Positions 38,186 through 49,018 of a DNA stretch of 64,000 nucleotides are shown in pieces. The notes beneath the pieces were generated by a model. The model saw only the letters and a list, made by a program, of their open reading frames with translations. It ran no database searches and was not told the DNA's origin. A program made the position numbers and the translations under genes. This DNA is from Spirochaetaceae bacterium (GTDB taxonomy: Bacteria; Spirochaetota; Spirochaetia; DSM-2461): positions 1 through 64,000 of the forward strand of contig JAOPTT010000016.1 of NCBI GenBank assembly GCA_051531975.1, in the 5' to 3' direction. Positions within the stretch are counted from its first letter, which is position 1. Each line of letters opens with the position of its first letter.

Positions 38186-40912
38186 ATGATAGAAAAAGCT
38201 ATAAACCTAATATTTGGTTCTGACAAAGAGAGAAACTTAAAAGAATTATTACCAATTCTTAATAAAATAAATTCCTATGAAAATTGGGCTATGAGTTTAA
38301 AAGAAGATGATTTCCCCCAAAAAACGATTGATTTTAAAGAAAGACTTAAAAATGGTGAGACTTTAGATGATATTTTACCTGAAGCATTTGCTTTAGCAAG
38401 AGAAGCTGCTAGAAGAAAGCTAGGTGAACGTGCATATGATGTACAATTATTAGGAGGGATAGCCCTTCACATGGGTAGAATCATGGAAATGAAGACTGGA
38501 GAGGGTAAAACGTTGTCTTCTGTAGCACCATCTTATTTAAACTCATTAGAAGGTAATGGTGTTCATATGATTACTGTAAATGATTATCTTGCTGGACGTG
38601 ATGCAAAATGGATGACACCAGCCTTTGATTATCTTGGTTTAGAAGTAGGTTGTATTTTATCAAATATGGATCCTGAAACTCGTCAATTAGAATATGGAAA
38701 AGATATTACATATGGTACAAATAATGAGTTTGGTTTTGACTATTTAAGAGATAACATGAAATGGGACTCAGAAAAGAAAGCTCAAAAGAGTCATGTATAC
38801 TGTATAATTGATGAAATTGACTCGATTTTAATTGATGAAGCAAGGACTCCACTAATAATTTCTGGTGCAGTTGATGAAGATATATCAAAATTTGATACTG
38901 TAAATCAGTTAGTTCAGTTTTTAAAAGAAGTTGAACTTGATACTGAAACAGGAGAATATCCTAAAGAAGATATTTTTAATCCTGTTGAAATTATAGGTGA
39001 TTATAAGTTAGAAGAAAAAAATAAACGAGTTTCATTCACTAATGATGGTATGAATAAAATTGAAGAAGTATTAATAAAACGTGGTCTTATGGATGGATCA
39101 CTATTTGATGAAGATAACTTTGAATATATTCATTATTTTACACAAGCAATGAAGGCACATCATCTGTTCCATTTAGATGTAGATTATGTTATTCAAGATG
39201 GATTAGTACAAATTGTTGATGAGTTTACAGGACGTGTACTCCATGGTAGGCGTTATTCTGAAGGTCTACATCAAGCGATTGAGTCCAAAGAAGGTATTAA
39301 AGTTGCCAAAAAGAATAAAACTTTAGCAAGTATTACATTTCAGAACTATTTTAGAATGTATGATAAAATTTCAGGTATGACTGGAACCGCTGATACAGAA
39401 GCTAGAGAATTTTCAAAAATATATAACTTAGATGTTGTTGTTATCCCAACAAATAGACCTATAGCTAGATTAGACCAAGATGATGTTATATATCTAAATA
39501 AAGAATTTAAATTAAAAGCTATAGCTGCTGAAGTTAAAGAAGCTAACGATAAAGGTCAACCAATTCTTATTGGAACTGTTTCTGTTGAGAGCTCTGAAGA
39601 AATATCTACTTATTTCAGAAAAATTGGTATTAGACATGAAATCTTAAATGCAAAAAATCATGGTAGAGAAGCATCAATCATTGCTGAAGCTGGTGCAAAA
39701 GGGTCTATTACTATTGCTACAAACATGGCAGGTAGGGGTACTGATATTAAGTTAGGAGGTAATCCTGAGCTTAGAGCACGTAGAATGGTTGGTACAGAAG
39801 CTACTCCAGAAGAATATCTCGAAGCATTTGAAAATGAACTTGAAAAATGGAGAGATGGCTACGAAGAAGTAAAATCTCTTGGTGGTTTATTTGTTATAGG
39901 GTCTGAAAGACATGAATCACGAAGGATTGATAATCAGTTAAGAGGGCGATCAGGTAGACAGGGTGATCCTGGACGAAGTCAGTTCTTTGTATCCTTAGAT
40001 GATGACTTAATGAGACTTTTTGGTGGAGATAGATTTAAAAATACAATGTCTAAACTAGGAATGGAAGGTGGAGAACCTATTCAGCATAAACTAATAAGCA
40101 ATTCCTTAGAAAGAGCCCAAAAGAAAGTTGAAGAAAGAAATTATGAAATAAGAAAACATCTATTAGATTATGATGATGTATTAAATAAACAAAGAATTTT
40201 TATATACAACCAGAGAGATGAAGTTTTAGATCATGAAGATCTAAGTGCTTATGTCTTTGAAACTGTTAATGAAATTGTTGAAATACTTTTAGAGGATTAT
40301 ACATCAGAATCTAGAGGAAACAAGCCAGAAGCCTTTACTAGATTATGTTTAAGGTTAAAAGAAAACTTCTTTTATGAATTAGATCCTGAATTAGATTTAC
40401 CTAGGAAAGAATTGGAAGATAAAATTTTAGCTGATTTACTTGAGGATGTTAAAGAAAAAGCAGAAATTGCATCAAAAGAAGCTTTAAGTCAATTTTTGAA
40501 ATATGAATATTTAAAAGCCCTAGATAATAAATGGCAAGACCATTTAGAAAGGCTTGATGCTTTAAGAGAAGAGGTTAATTTAAGAACCTATGCTCAAAAG
40601 AACCCATTAGTTGAGTATAAAAATGAGGGTTTTGCTATTTTCGAATCATTAATTGATGATATTAAAGTTGATGTTGCAAGAAAATTAACAAAAATAAAGA
40701 TACATAAAGAACGTAGAACCCAAGGTATGCGTCAAGCTAAAAATGTTAATTCTAGTCATAGATCAATGGGGCAAATGGCTGCTGTAAATGGTCAACGAAG
40801 AGAAGCTTCTGGCCAAAATATCCAAGTTAAAAGAGTTGGCAAAAAAGTTGGAAGAAATGATGACTGTCCATGTGGTAGTGGCAAAAAATATAAAAAGTGT
40901 TGTGGTGAATAA
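38186..40912 (+). CDS. secA: Preprotein translocase ATPase SecA
   Basis: MKTGEGKT, DEIDSILIDEARTPLIISG, QLRGRSGRQGDPG; C-terminal CPCGSGKKYKKCC. Confidence 0.99.
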   Translation: MIEKAINLIFGSDKERNLKELLPILNKINSYENWAMSLKEDDFPQKTIDFKERLKNGETLDDILPEAFALAREAARRKLGERAYDVQLLGGIALHMGRIMEMKTGEGKTLSSVAPSYLNSLEGNGVHMITVNDYLAGRDAKWMTPAFDYLGLEVGCILSNMDPETRQLEYGKDITYGTNNEFGFDYLRDNMKWDSEKKAQKSHVYCIIDEIDSILIDEARTPLIISGAVDEDISKFDTVNQLVQFLKEVELDTETGEYPKEDIFNPVEIIGDYKLEEKNKRVSFTNDGMNKIEEVLIKRGLMDGSLFDEDNFEYIHYFTQAMKAHHLFHLDVDYVIQDGLVQIVDEFTGRVLHGRRYSEGLHQAIESKEGIKVAKKNKTLASITFQNYFRMYDKISGMTGTADTEAREFSKIYNLDVVVIPTNRPIARLDQDDVIYLNKEFKLKAIAAEVKEANDKGQPILIGTVSVESSEEISTYFRKIGIRHEILNAKNHGREASIIAEAGAKGSITIATNMAGRGTDIKLGGNPELRARRMVGTEATPEEYLEAFENELEKWRDGYEEVKSLGGLFVIGSERHESRRIDNQLRGRSGRQGDPGRSQFFVSLDDDLMRLFGGDRFKNTMSKLGMEGGEPIQHKLISNSLERAQKKVEERNYEIRKHLLDYDDVLNKQRIFIYNQRDEVLDHEDLSAYVFETVNEIVEILLEDYTSESRGNKPEAFTRLCLRLKENFFYELDPELDLPRKELEDKILADLLEDVKEKAEIASKEALSQFLKYEYLKALDNKWQDHLERLDALREEVNLRTYAQKNPLVEYKNEGFAIFESLIDDIKVDVARKLTKIKIHKERRTQGMRQAKNVNSSHRSMGQMAAVNGQRREASGQNIQVKRVGKKVGRNDDCPCGSGKKYKKCCGE

Positions 40913-40974
40913 ATAATGTGCTCTTTCTAAGTGAAGAGCTTTAGTTTATGGGGATTTTATTCGATTATGTTTAA

Positions 40975-41253
40975 ATGAATAAAGCTAAATCTTATAGAGT
41001 CCCCGATGTTATTGATAAAATATATAATGATATTGTTTATGGTCTCTTTACTCCATATGTTATGATCTCAAAAAAAAATAGAACCTCAATTATTAAGTGT
41101 AATTTAGCTTGTGAGATTTTATTAAATAGTAATAATACAGAGTTTAATATTGTAGAAAAGTTAGATTATCCATCTGTAGATGTTTTTAGAGATTCTTTTA
41201 AAGATTTTTTAGGTATACTACCCCTAGAGTTTAGGGATAGGTTTAGTGATTGA
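40975..41253 (+). CDS. Small protein with AraC-type second-HTH signature
   Basis: ACEILLNS...IVEKLDYPSVDVFRDSFKDFLGILPLEFR resembles the AraC C-terminal motif. Confidence 0.55.
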   Translation: MNKAKSYRVPDVIDKIYNDIVYGLFTPYVMISKKNRTSIIKCNLACEILLNSNNTEFNIVEKLDYPSVDVFRDSFKDFLGILPLEFRDRFSD

Positions 41254-41257
41254 TGAT

Positions 41258-41890
41258 CTATTTACAAACAGATAAGACTGCGTAACTTGATGATAAATCC
41301 TCTCTTAAAACTAGGACATTTTCTGGTACTTTTAGCTTTTCATTAGTAAAGTTCCAAATTGCAGTTATACCAGCATCAATTAATGTGTTTGTAATCTTTT
41401 GAGCAAATTCTGAAGGTACAGTTAAAATAGCAATATCAACTACATTTTCTTTAATTATTTCAGTTAATGTTGATATATCATGGATTTTAACATCAAGAAT
41501 TTTGCTCCCAACCTTATCAGAAGAAATATCAAAAGATGCTATTATATCCATACCACTTTGTCGGAAACCTGGATAACCAATTAAAGCTGCCCCTAAATTT
41601 CCTGTTCCTATTACAATTGCTTTATGTTTTTTATCCCAATTAAGAAACGATTCAATTGCAGTCTTTAACTCTTTTACATCGTATCCAACCCTAGGTTTTC
41701 CTACAATTCCTGTTACAGCAAGATCTTTTCGTACTTGTATTGGTTCTAACTCTAATTCTGAAGCAATTACTGTTCCAGATATTACTTTTAATCCCTGTTC
41801 TAAAGCCCTTCGAATAACATTTAAATATGATGGTAACCTTCTAATTGTGGGAACACTTGCATCAATTTGTGAAAATTTCTTATTTTTCAT
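41258..41890 (-). CDS. rex: Redox-sensing repressor Rex
   Basis: TIRRLPSY, QVRKDL, GKPRVGY, GTGNLG, AIWNFT; start placed at ATG 41890. Confidence 0.95.
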   Translation of the reverse strand: MKNKKFSQIDASVPTIRRLPSYLNVIRRALEQGLKVISGTVIASELELEPIQVRKDLAVTGIVGKPRVGYDVKELKTAIESFLNWDKKHKAIVIGTGNLGAALIGYPGFRQSGMDIIASFDISSDKVGSKILDVKIHDISTLTEIIKENVVDIAILTVPSEFAQKITNTLIDAGITAIWNFTNEKLKVPENVLVLREDLSSSYAVLSVCK

Positions 41891-42012
41891 AACAACCCTT
41901 AAAAATGTGATAAAAATAAAGATATAAATATATCTATATAAAATATAACACATTTATTACAATTATGAAAATTACTATTAATATATTTTTATATCTTTTG
42001 TAGTATATAACC

Positions 42013-43122
42013 GTGAAGAAAAAGTTAATAACAATAGAAAAAGTAATAGCAGGTGGAGATGGCCTAGGATTTATTGATGGTAAGGCACATTTTGTTACAG
42101 GTGCACTTCCTGGAGAAATACTAGAAATAAATATTATTACAGAAAAAAAAGGATTTAATAGGTGTTCTATCTTAAAAATTGTAAAAGCCTCAGAATTTAG
42201 AGTTTTGCCTTTTTGTGATTATTATAATAGTTGTGGTGGGTGTAATTTACAATTCACAAGCTATGATCATCAAATTTCATTAAAAACTAACATGGTTAAA
42301 GATATATTTCTAAGAAATGGAAAAATAGAACTAAATGATTTTAATTTCATTACAAGTAAAGATCTGGGTTATAGAAATAGGGTTCAATTCCATATTTCTA
42401 ATAATCGTAAGGGTTTCAAAAAAAGAAAAAGTAATGAAATTGTTAACATTGATTGCTGTCCGTTATTAGTTGATCCCTTAAATACATATATAAATGAACC
42501 TTTAAAGTCAGACGTTAATAAAATTAATGTTTTTGCTAATGATGAAAAATATTTTGTTGGAGGGCTGGATAAAGAAGCTTCAGTTTTAATTAACAATAAG
42601 GAAGTTTGTTTTAATCCCAATGGTTTCTTTCAGAGTAATTTATCAATACTTCCTAAATTAATTGAAACTGTTAATCAATTTATTTTAGGTTGCAATGTTA
42701 TGGATCTTTACTGTGGTGTTGGTTTATTTAGTACATTTCTTCCAGAAAGTGTAAATAAAATAATTGCAGTTGAAATTGATCAAAGAGTTAAGCCATTTTT
42801 AGATAAGAATTTAGGTTCAAAAAATTACCTGTTTTATCCTATGAGTATAGAAACATATATTAGTAAAGGGCATCACGAAGTTAATGAAATAGATACTATA
42901 ATTGTAGATCCACCTAGAGAAGGGCTTTCTAATATTGTAAGAAGCTTTTTAATTAATTCTAAGGTTAAAAGAATCATTTATATCTCTTGTGATCCTACAA
43001 CAATGGCTAGAGACATATCAGAAATTAAAAATAATGGATATTCTTTTAGTTCCTTTTCATGTTTTGATTTCTACCCTCATACAACTCATATTGAAGCGTT
43101 GGGAATACTAGATCTTGAATAA
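42013..43122 (+). CDS. RlmD/TrmA family RNA (uracil-5)-methyltransferase
   Basis: TRAM domain; CDYYNSCGGC Fe-S motif; FFQSN, DLYCGVG, DPPREG, YISC, DFYPHTTHIE. Confidence 0.92.
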   Translation: MKKKLITIEKVIAGGDGLGFIDGKAHFVTGALPGEILEINIITEKKGFNRCSILKIVKASEFRVLPFCDYYNSCGGCNLQFTSYDHQISLKTNMVKDIFLRNGKIELNDFNFITSKDLGYRNRVQFHISNNRKGFKKRKSNEIVNIDCCPLLVDPLNTYINEPLKSDVNKINVFANDEKYFVGGLDKEASVLINNKEVCFNPNGFFQSNLSILPKLIETVNQFILGCNVMDLYCGVGLFSTFLPESVNKIIAVEIDQRVKPFLDKNLGSKNYLFYPMSIETYISKGHHEVNEIDTIIVDPPREGLSNIVRSFLINSKVKRIIYISCDPTTMARDISEIKNNGYSFSSFSCFDFYPHTTHIEALGILDLE

Positions 43123-44593
43123 ATATATTTTAACATTTTTGATACTTAATATAGTATTTCCACTAATTTCAAACGAAACAATATTGTGGGAGTTAGCTCT
43201 ACCTGGGAATGTTATATCTAATCCTATAGAAAATAAAAGTGGTGAAGTTATCTTAATATGTGAAGATAGGCGTCTTTATTCTATTAATAATCGATCTGGG
43301 AAAATTAATTGGAAAATAAAACCTGGTGGTAGATTAGAAAATCTTTTTCTATCACCTGACGGGTCAATTATTTTGAATGATGAAAATAGATTATATTCGA
43401 TACATGCAAATGGAGAAGTTAGATGGTCAATTGATGTAGAACTAGGATTCCAAAGTAATATAGTTATTGGAGATAGGTCAGATATATTTTTTGTATCAAA
43501 TAACATTTTATACCTTGTTGATAGATTTGGTATTAAAAATATAATAATAAAAGATATCTATACCTCAAATATATCTGTATTAAATAATTCTCTTATAGCT
43601 TTTACAAATAAAAATAAGTTAACAACTATATCTTTTAGCGGTAAATTGGCATGGGAACATCAAGTTCATTTATCGAGTTCTATTTTACAAAGTTCAGAAA
43701 ATGGACTCTACTTGATTTATAATGATGGGACAGTGGATTCTTTTTCAAATAATGGTGATGTGATTAATTCCATAAATATTGATAATCGTGACTTTACTCA
43801 TACTTCGTTAAATTTATCAGGAGATCTTATTCTTTACGGTTTAAATGGGGTTTCATTACTTAATAATGAGAAAGTAATCACTAAGAATAAAGATTATGAC
43901 TTTGGTCTATATTACTCTGATGGTATACTTATAAAATCTTTTGATGACTGGACACTTAAAGGTATAGATAAGATCCAAGATAATAGTTTTTATCCATCGG
44001 GTTTGAAACAAAAAATTGGTAATACATTATCATTGTCAGGAAAGAGAGTATGGGGAGATGAAGTCAAGAGAGAATATTATATCAACTCTATATTAGGTGG
44101 TGATAGGGAACTTCAATATAGAACATTAAATTATATCGATGATCTTATTGGAACAAAGGACTTGTTAGATCAATTTCCTAACTTCTATGAAGTTTTATTA
44201 GTTGCTGGATCGACCCAAAATAAAAATCAAGATACTAGATCAGAAGCATATAGATTAATTGGTAAAAGTAAGGATATAAACTTTATACCATATTTATTTT
44301 CAGATTTAGAAGCAGAATCATCTTTTGAAATTATTTCATACATTTTTTATGCTATGGGTCAGATATCAGTTGATAGATCAGGTTATGTGTCTGAATTAAT
44401 AAATAAAAGAATAGATGATTATTACGATGAAAAAATGGTAATAAATGGTCTATATGCACTGTATTATATAAATATGTATACTAATGCAGAGTATTTAAAT
44501 AGTGTTTTTTTAGGAATAGAGAAAATTTTAAATGGTGGATACTCTAGGAATATAGAAAAACAATGTTATTATATATTAGAAAAATTAAAATAG
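43115..44593 (+). CDS. Exported PQQ-like beta-propeller + HEAT-like repeat protein
   Basis: Signal peptide; GKINWK, GEVRWS, GKLAWE repeats; helical C-terminal part. Confidence 0.7.
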   Translation: MNKYILTFLILNIVFPLISNETILWELALPGNVISNPIENKSGEVILICEDRRLYSINNRSGKINWKIKPGGRLENLFLSPDGSIILNDENRLYSIHANGEVRWSIDVELGFQSNIVIGDRSDIFFVSNNILYLVDRFGIKNIIIKDIYTSNISVLNNSLIAFTNKNKLTTISFSGKLAWEHQVHLSSSILQSSENGLYLIYNDGTVDSFSNNGDVINSINIDNRDFTHTSLNLSGDLILYGLNGVSLLNNEKVITKNKDYDFGLYYSDGILIKSFDDWTLKGIDKIQDNSFYPSGLKQKIGNTLSLSGKRVWGDEVKREYYINSILGGDRELQYRTLNYIDDLIGTKDLLDQFPNFYEVLLVAGSTQNKNQDTRSEAYRLIGKSKDINFIPYLFSDLEAESSFEIISYIFYAMGQISVDRSGYVSELINKRIDDYYDEKMVINGLYALYYINMYTNAEYLNSVFLGIEKILNGGYSRNIEKQCYYILEKLK

Positions 44594-44602
44594 GAGATTA
44601 TT

Positions 44603-46051
44603 TTGAAAAAAGTATTATCTATAATAATATTTTTGGCTGTAATAATACCAATCAATTCATTAATGGTAGATAAACAGGTCATAACTTTAGAACAAGAGAC
44701 TTCAGTTGAGTTTGAAAATTATGTTGGTCCTTATCTTTTTTATAACACTGTTGAAGAGATTCGTAATATAGGAGCTTATTTGGCTACTAAAATAACTACG
44801 GATTTAAAATCTGAAGGTAATTATTCAAATAAATATTTAATGTATCATAGACCTAAATTAGAATGGGAAAAGAATATAAATTCCTGTGATATTTTTGAAA
44901 TTACATCATTTGCATTAATAGATAATATTGAAAATATTAAATTAATTCTCTCACAATATCTAATAGATACTTATGGATATACATTAGAAGATTCAAATTT
45001 ACTAGCGGAATTACTTGTTATGTATAACGCTGTTTATAGAGGCGATACGGAGCATTTATCCCAAAAATATACATCCGAAGGTGCTATTGTCGATGATCCA
45101 AATAATATAGGGATTGATTTACATTATTATAATTGGCCAGGTAAAACTAATATGTATATTCCACTTTCAGATAACATATTAATTGGACAATTATCTAATA
45201 TTGATACAGATAAGATCTTAGATGACAATGTAATTGATTTAATAACAGTGGAATTAGTTGATCAGATAGAATTAAGAGAAGATATCGTTGACTTCAAAGA
45301 ACGTGAAGTTGATGAAGAAATAAAAAAAATTGAAGATACTAAAGAAAAGTTATTAGAAGAAAAAAGTGATATTATTGAGTTAATTAAAGATGATCCAGAA
45401 AATGAAGCATTAACTAATAAGCTAGAGGATACAAAAGAAAAAATAGACGATTTAAAAGTAATGGAAGAACTTATTGAAAATAAAGAAGATAAGATTTTAG
45501 AGCTGAGAGATGACTTAGCTGAGGATAAAAATGAACTAATAGTAAAAAAAGATGATGTCTCTACTTCTACTTCTGTATTCCCATATATCCTTAATAGAAC
45601 AGACGGTGATATTAATTTTGGTACATTACTAAACATAACAGCTGATGGTACTATTAAAACAAAAGGTTTTGTTAATAGTATTAGAAACAATTCTTATAAA
45701 AGTGAAGGTAGTTATTTATATATAATAGCTGGTGGTGATAGTGAAAACCAAATTGTTACACTAGGCAAACTTAAACAGAATGATTTAACTGTCGTTACTT
45801 GGGGAAATGTCGAATGTTATGATAAATCTCCAATAATATTTTTAGGTGAAAAAATATATAGTACTATTATTGTTGATGGTAAATATTATATAGGAGAATT
45901 TGATTCTGATTTAAAGTTAATTAGAAGAACTACGGATAATTTACTAAAAGATAGCTACATTGTTCTTAAGGATGAAGTCTTTTATATACAAGGGGAATAT
46001 AATAGTATAATATTGGTTAATTTGTCTGATTTTATTGAAATTACCGATTAA
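44603..46051 (+). CDS. P83/100 family protein
   Basis: VEFENYVGP, VMYNAVYRG, WPGKT...IPL, acidic coiled coil. Confidence 0.85.
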   Translation: MKKVLSIIIFLAVIIPINSLMVDKQVITLEQETSVEFENYVGPYLFYNTVEEIRNIGAYLATKITTDLKSEGNYSNKYLMYHRPKLEWEKNINSCDIFEITSFALIDNIENIKLILSQYLIDTYGYTLEDSNLLAELLVMYNAVYRGDTEHLSQKYTSEGAIVDDPNNIGIDLHYYNWPGKTNMYIPLSDNILIGQLSNIDTDKILDDNVIDLITVELVDQIELREDIVDFKEREVDEEIKKIEDTKEKLLEEKSDIIELIKDDPENEALTNKLEDTKEKIDDLKVMEELIENKEDKILELRDDLAEDKNELIVKKDDVSTSTSVFPYILNRTDGDINFGTLLNITADGTIKTKGFVNSIRNNSYKSEGSYLYIIAGGDSENQIVTLGKLKQNDLTVVTWGNVECYDKSPIIFLGEKIYSTIIVDGKYYIGEFDSDLKLIRRTTDNLLKDSYIVLKDEVFYIQGEYNSIILVNLSDFIEITD

Positions 46052-46063
46052 TAGGGAGTCTTT

Positions 46064-47647
46064 ATGGTTGATTTTACTAGTAGTTTTTACGGAAGAACTA
46101 TTTCTGTTGTTCAAGACCTTACAATTGAAGAGCAACTATATTTATATAATAAAACTAAAGAGCTTAAATATGCAATAATTAACAACTTAGATACAAACCA
46201 TTTTAAAATAAATGACACTGAGTTTGGTATATATCTTATGTTTTTTGAAAGCAGTACAAGAACTAAAGAATCTTTTAGAAACGCAGCAAAATTTCATAAT
46301 GTTAAACTTAATAACTTTGATGTAACCAGTTCTTCATTTAACAAAAGTGAAAGCATTTTAGACACTATAAAAATGTTGTATGGATATTCTGGTAAATCTA
46401 TGTTTATTATGCGAACTGCTCAAGAAGGTGTATGTACTTTTTTAGATGAAAAAATAAAAAACTATAGTAAGCTTACTGGTTTACCTAAAGCTGGTTTTAT
46501 AAATGCAGGTGATGGAAAACATGAACATCCAACCCAAGAATTTTTGGATGAGTTTTCTTTTTTAGAACATAAGGATTGGGATCGAGAAGAGATTCATCTC
46601 GCACTTGTGGGGGACCTTTTCCACGGTAGAACAGCACACTCTAAAGCTAATGGACTTAAAATATTTAAGAAAGTTAAAATAGATCTAATTGCGCCTAAAG
46701 AACTAGCAATGCCAGAAGAATATATTGAAACTATGGAGTTAAATGGTTTTGAAATTAGATTCTTTTCATCAATTGAAGAGTATCTTGATAATAGTAGTAT
46801 TTCAAACATTTGGTATTTCACTAGGCTTCAACTAGAGCGTATGGGAGATAAAGTTTTAGATAAAGCTAATGATTTAAGGGCCTCAGTGACCTTTAGAGAA
46901 GACTTTATAAGTTCACTACCTGAAGGTACAAAATTTTATCATCCATTGCCAAGACATAGTATCTATCCTGTAATTCCAAGTTTTTTAGATGAAACACCTC
47001 TAAACGGTTGGGATTTACAATCAATGAATGGTTATTATACTAGAATTATAGAAATTGCGTTATTAGGTGGAGCAATTGGAAATGATTTTAAACCCGACGT
47101 AGATCCTATTAAATTAAAACATGATAGTGATTTTATTCATGAGATTAAAATTAAAGGTAAATCCATGTTACATGATACATGGAAGGTTGGTATTAAGCCA
47201 GTAGATAATGGGTTAGTAATTGATCATATTGGCCGAGGTTTATCATTGGAAGAAATATGGGATCTCGTTGACCGAGTTCGAAGGGTTATGAAATTTAATT
47301 TAAGAAGTTCCCATGGTGTTTTTCATACTAAAGATACTTCAGTTTTTAAAGGGATAATTTCTATCCCTGGATTATTCGATTTAGATGAAAAACAAGTAAA
47401 GATGCTTTCGGCTATATCTCCAGGGTGTTCAGTTAATATTATTAAAGATTCATATGTTTTTAGAAAGTTTCGATTATCAATGCCACCTGCAATTTTTAAC
47501 TTTGAAGAGATCTCTTGTAAAAATATTAATTGTATATCTAACAAAGATAATCATGAAAATATAGTGACTTATTTTTCTAAATCAACAAAGAATAAATTTG
47601 TGTGTAAATATTGTAACAAGAGTTACAGCTATAATGAAATTTGGTAA
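46064..47647 (+). CDS. pyrBI: Fused aspartate carbamoyltransferase catalytic/regulatory subunit
   Basis: ESSTRTKESF, HEHPTQ, HPLP; then PyrI part GLVIDHI and CKNINC...CKYC. Confidence 0.93.
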   Translation: MVDFTSSFYGRTISVVQDLTIEEQLYLYNKTKELKYAIINNLDTNHFKINDTEFGIYLMFFESSTRTKESFRNAAKFHNVKLNNFDVTSSSFNKSESILDTIKMLYGYSGKSMFIMRTAQEGVCTFLDEKIKNYSKLTGLPKAGFINAGDGKHEHPTQEFLDEFSFLEHKDWDREEIHLALVGDLFHGRTAHSKANGLKIFKKVKIDLIAPKELAMPEEYIETMELNGFEIRFFSSIEEYLDNSSISNIWYFTRLQLERMGDKVLDKANDLRASVTFREDFISSLPEGTKFYHPLPRHSIYPVIPSFLDETPLNGWDLQSMNGYYTRIIEIALLGGAIGNDFKPDVDPIKLKHDSDFIHEIKIKGKSMLHDTWKVGIKPVDNGLVIDHIGRGLSLEEIWDLVDRVRRVMKFNLRSSHGVFHTKDTSVFKGIISIPGLFDLDEKQVKMLSAISPGCSVNIIKDSYVFRKFRLSMPPAIFNFEEISCKNINCISNKDNHENIVTYFSKSTKNKFVCKYCNKSYSYNEIW

Positions 47648-47653
47648 CTTTTT

Positions 47654-47938
47654 TTAATATGGCAACTTTATATAAGAAGTTGCCTTTAATAAGATACCTT
47701 GTTCAATATTAATTGATCCATATACTATTATTTTTGATCCAATTTTTAAATTTATTCCTTGGCTTGAAATGATTTTTACAGTTATTTCCCCATTTATATA
47801 AATCTTTTTATCTACTTGTATTTTAAATTTGAATATATAATTTCCAAAAACATCTATATAATAATATGGGATTGAGGATACGACACCAAATATGTTATTC
47901 ATAATAGCTTTATATAAAATTAGTTTCATGGTATTCAA
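47654..47938 (-). CDS. Small OB-fold-like hypothetical protein
   Basis: IFGVVSSIP...LKIGSKIIVYGSI beta-strand pattern similar to SSB/PriB OB folds. Confidence 0.45.
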   Translation of the reverse strand: MNTMKLILYKAIMNNIFGVVSSIPYYYIDVFGNYIFKFKIQVDKKIYINGEITVKIISSQGINLKIGSKIIVYGSINIEQGILLKATSYIKLPY

Positions 47939-47983
47939 TTTAGGTTGTTTTTATTTAAAAAAATAGTATAGTTAGGGGAGTTT

Positions 47984-48670
47984 ATGGCTATAAAAGAGAA
48001 TATCAATAAAATAAATATAGAAATCACTAATGCAGAATTAAGGTTTGATAGAAAACAAGGCATAGTTAAATTATTAGCAGTTTCTAAAACAAAACCGATT
48101 GAACTACTAAAAGAAGCATATGAATGTGGACAAAGAATATTTGGAGAAAATAAAGTTCAAGAAGCTGAATTAAAATTTCCACAAATGCCTTCAGATACCG
48201 AATTTCATATGATAGGCCATTTGCAGAGCAATAAAGTATCTAAAGCCTGTAAGGTTTTTACCTGTATACAGTCAGTAGATTCTCTAAAGATTGCAAAAAA
48301 AATTAATAACTGTTGTAAAGAACTTGGTAAAACAATGTTTATATACCTTGATATTAATATCTCTACGGATGAAAACAAAACAGGCTTTGAAAATAATAAT
48401 GACTTTTTAAATATATTTGAGGAGATTTTAAGTTTATCAAATATTGAGGTAAAAGGTTTAATGTGTATAGGTGCATATACTGATAATGTTGAGGTTATTA
48501 AAAAAAGTTTTACTGATCTTCGTGAGTTATTAGATCTTCTTCATTTAAAATTCCCATCATTTAAAGAAAAAGAGTTATCTATGGGCATGAGTAGTGATTA
48601 TATAGAAGCAATTGAGATGGGTTCTACAATGGTTAGAGTTGGTAGTTCTATATTTGGACACAGAAATTAA
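47984..48670 (+). CDS. yggS: PLP homeostasis protein YggS/PROSC
   Basis: LLAVSKTK, FGENKVQE, IGHLQSNK, LSMGMSSDY, VRVGSSIFG. Confidence 0.95.
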   Translation: MAIKENINKINIEITNAELRFDRKQGIVKLLAVSKTKPIELLKEAYECGQRIFGENKVQEAELKFPQMPSDTEFHMIGHLQSNKVSKACKVFTCIQSVDSLKIAKKINNCCKELGKTMFIYLDINISTDENKTGFENNNDFLNIFEEILSLSNIEVKGLMCIGAYTDNVEVIKKSFTDLRELLDLLHLKFPSFKEKELSMGMSSDYIEAIEMGSTMVRVGSSIFGHRN

Positions 48671-49014
48671 TGAGAAAAATTATTGCTATTTTATTGATAT
48701 GTTCTACATTTTACTCATTTAGTGAAACAGATATAGATATTGATACACCGGAACCATATGAATTAAATGAATTTCATCCTATATTACTTGATGTTAGGAG
48801 AGCTTCTATAATTTTTTGTGGTGCTTTCCCATTGGGATATATGTATTCATCTTTAATTATAGATCCGTTATTAGAAGACTCAACAATATATGATGATCTT
48901 GATACTGATGAAAAAAGTAATAAAGAAATAGAAACAAAACTAATAAGTAGTCTAATATTTGCAGGTATAATAATGATAATAGACTTGATAATTGAAAAAT
49001 TTTTTAGAAGGTAG
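48670..49014 (+). CDS. Hypothetical membrane protein
   Basis: Signal/TM segments; PEPYELNEF...RRASIIFCGAFP. Confidence 0.7.
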   Translation: MRKIIAILLICSTFYSFSETDIDIDTPEPYELNEFHPILLDVRRASIIFCGAFPLGYMYSSLIIDPLLEDSTIYDDLDTDEKSNKEIETKLISSLIFAGIIMIIDLIIEKFFRR

Positions 49015-49018
49015 CATT

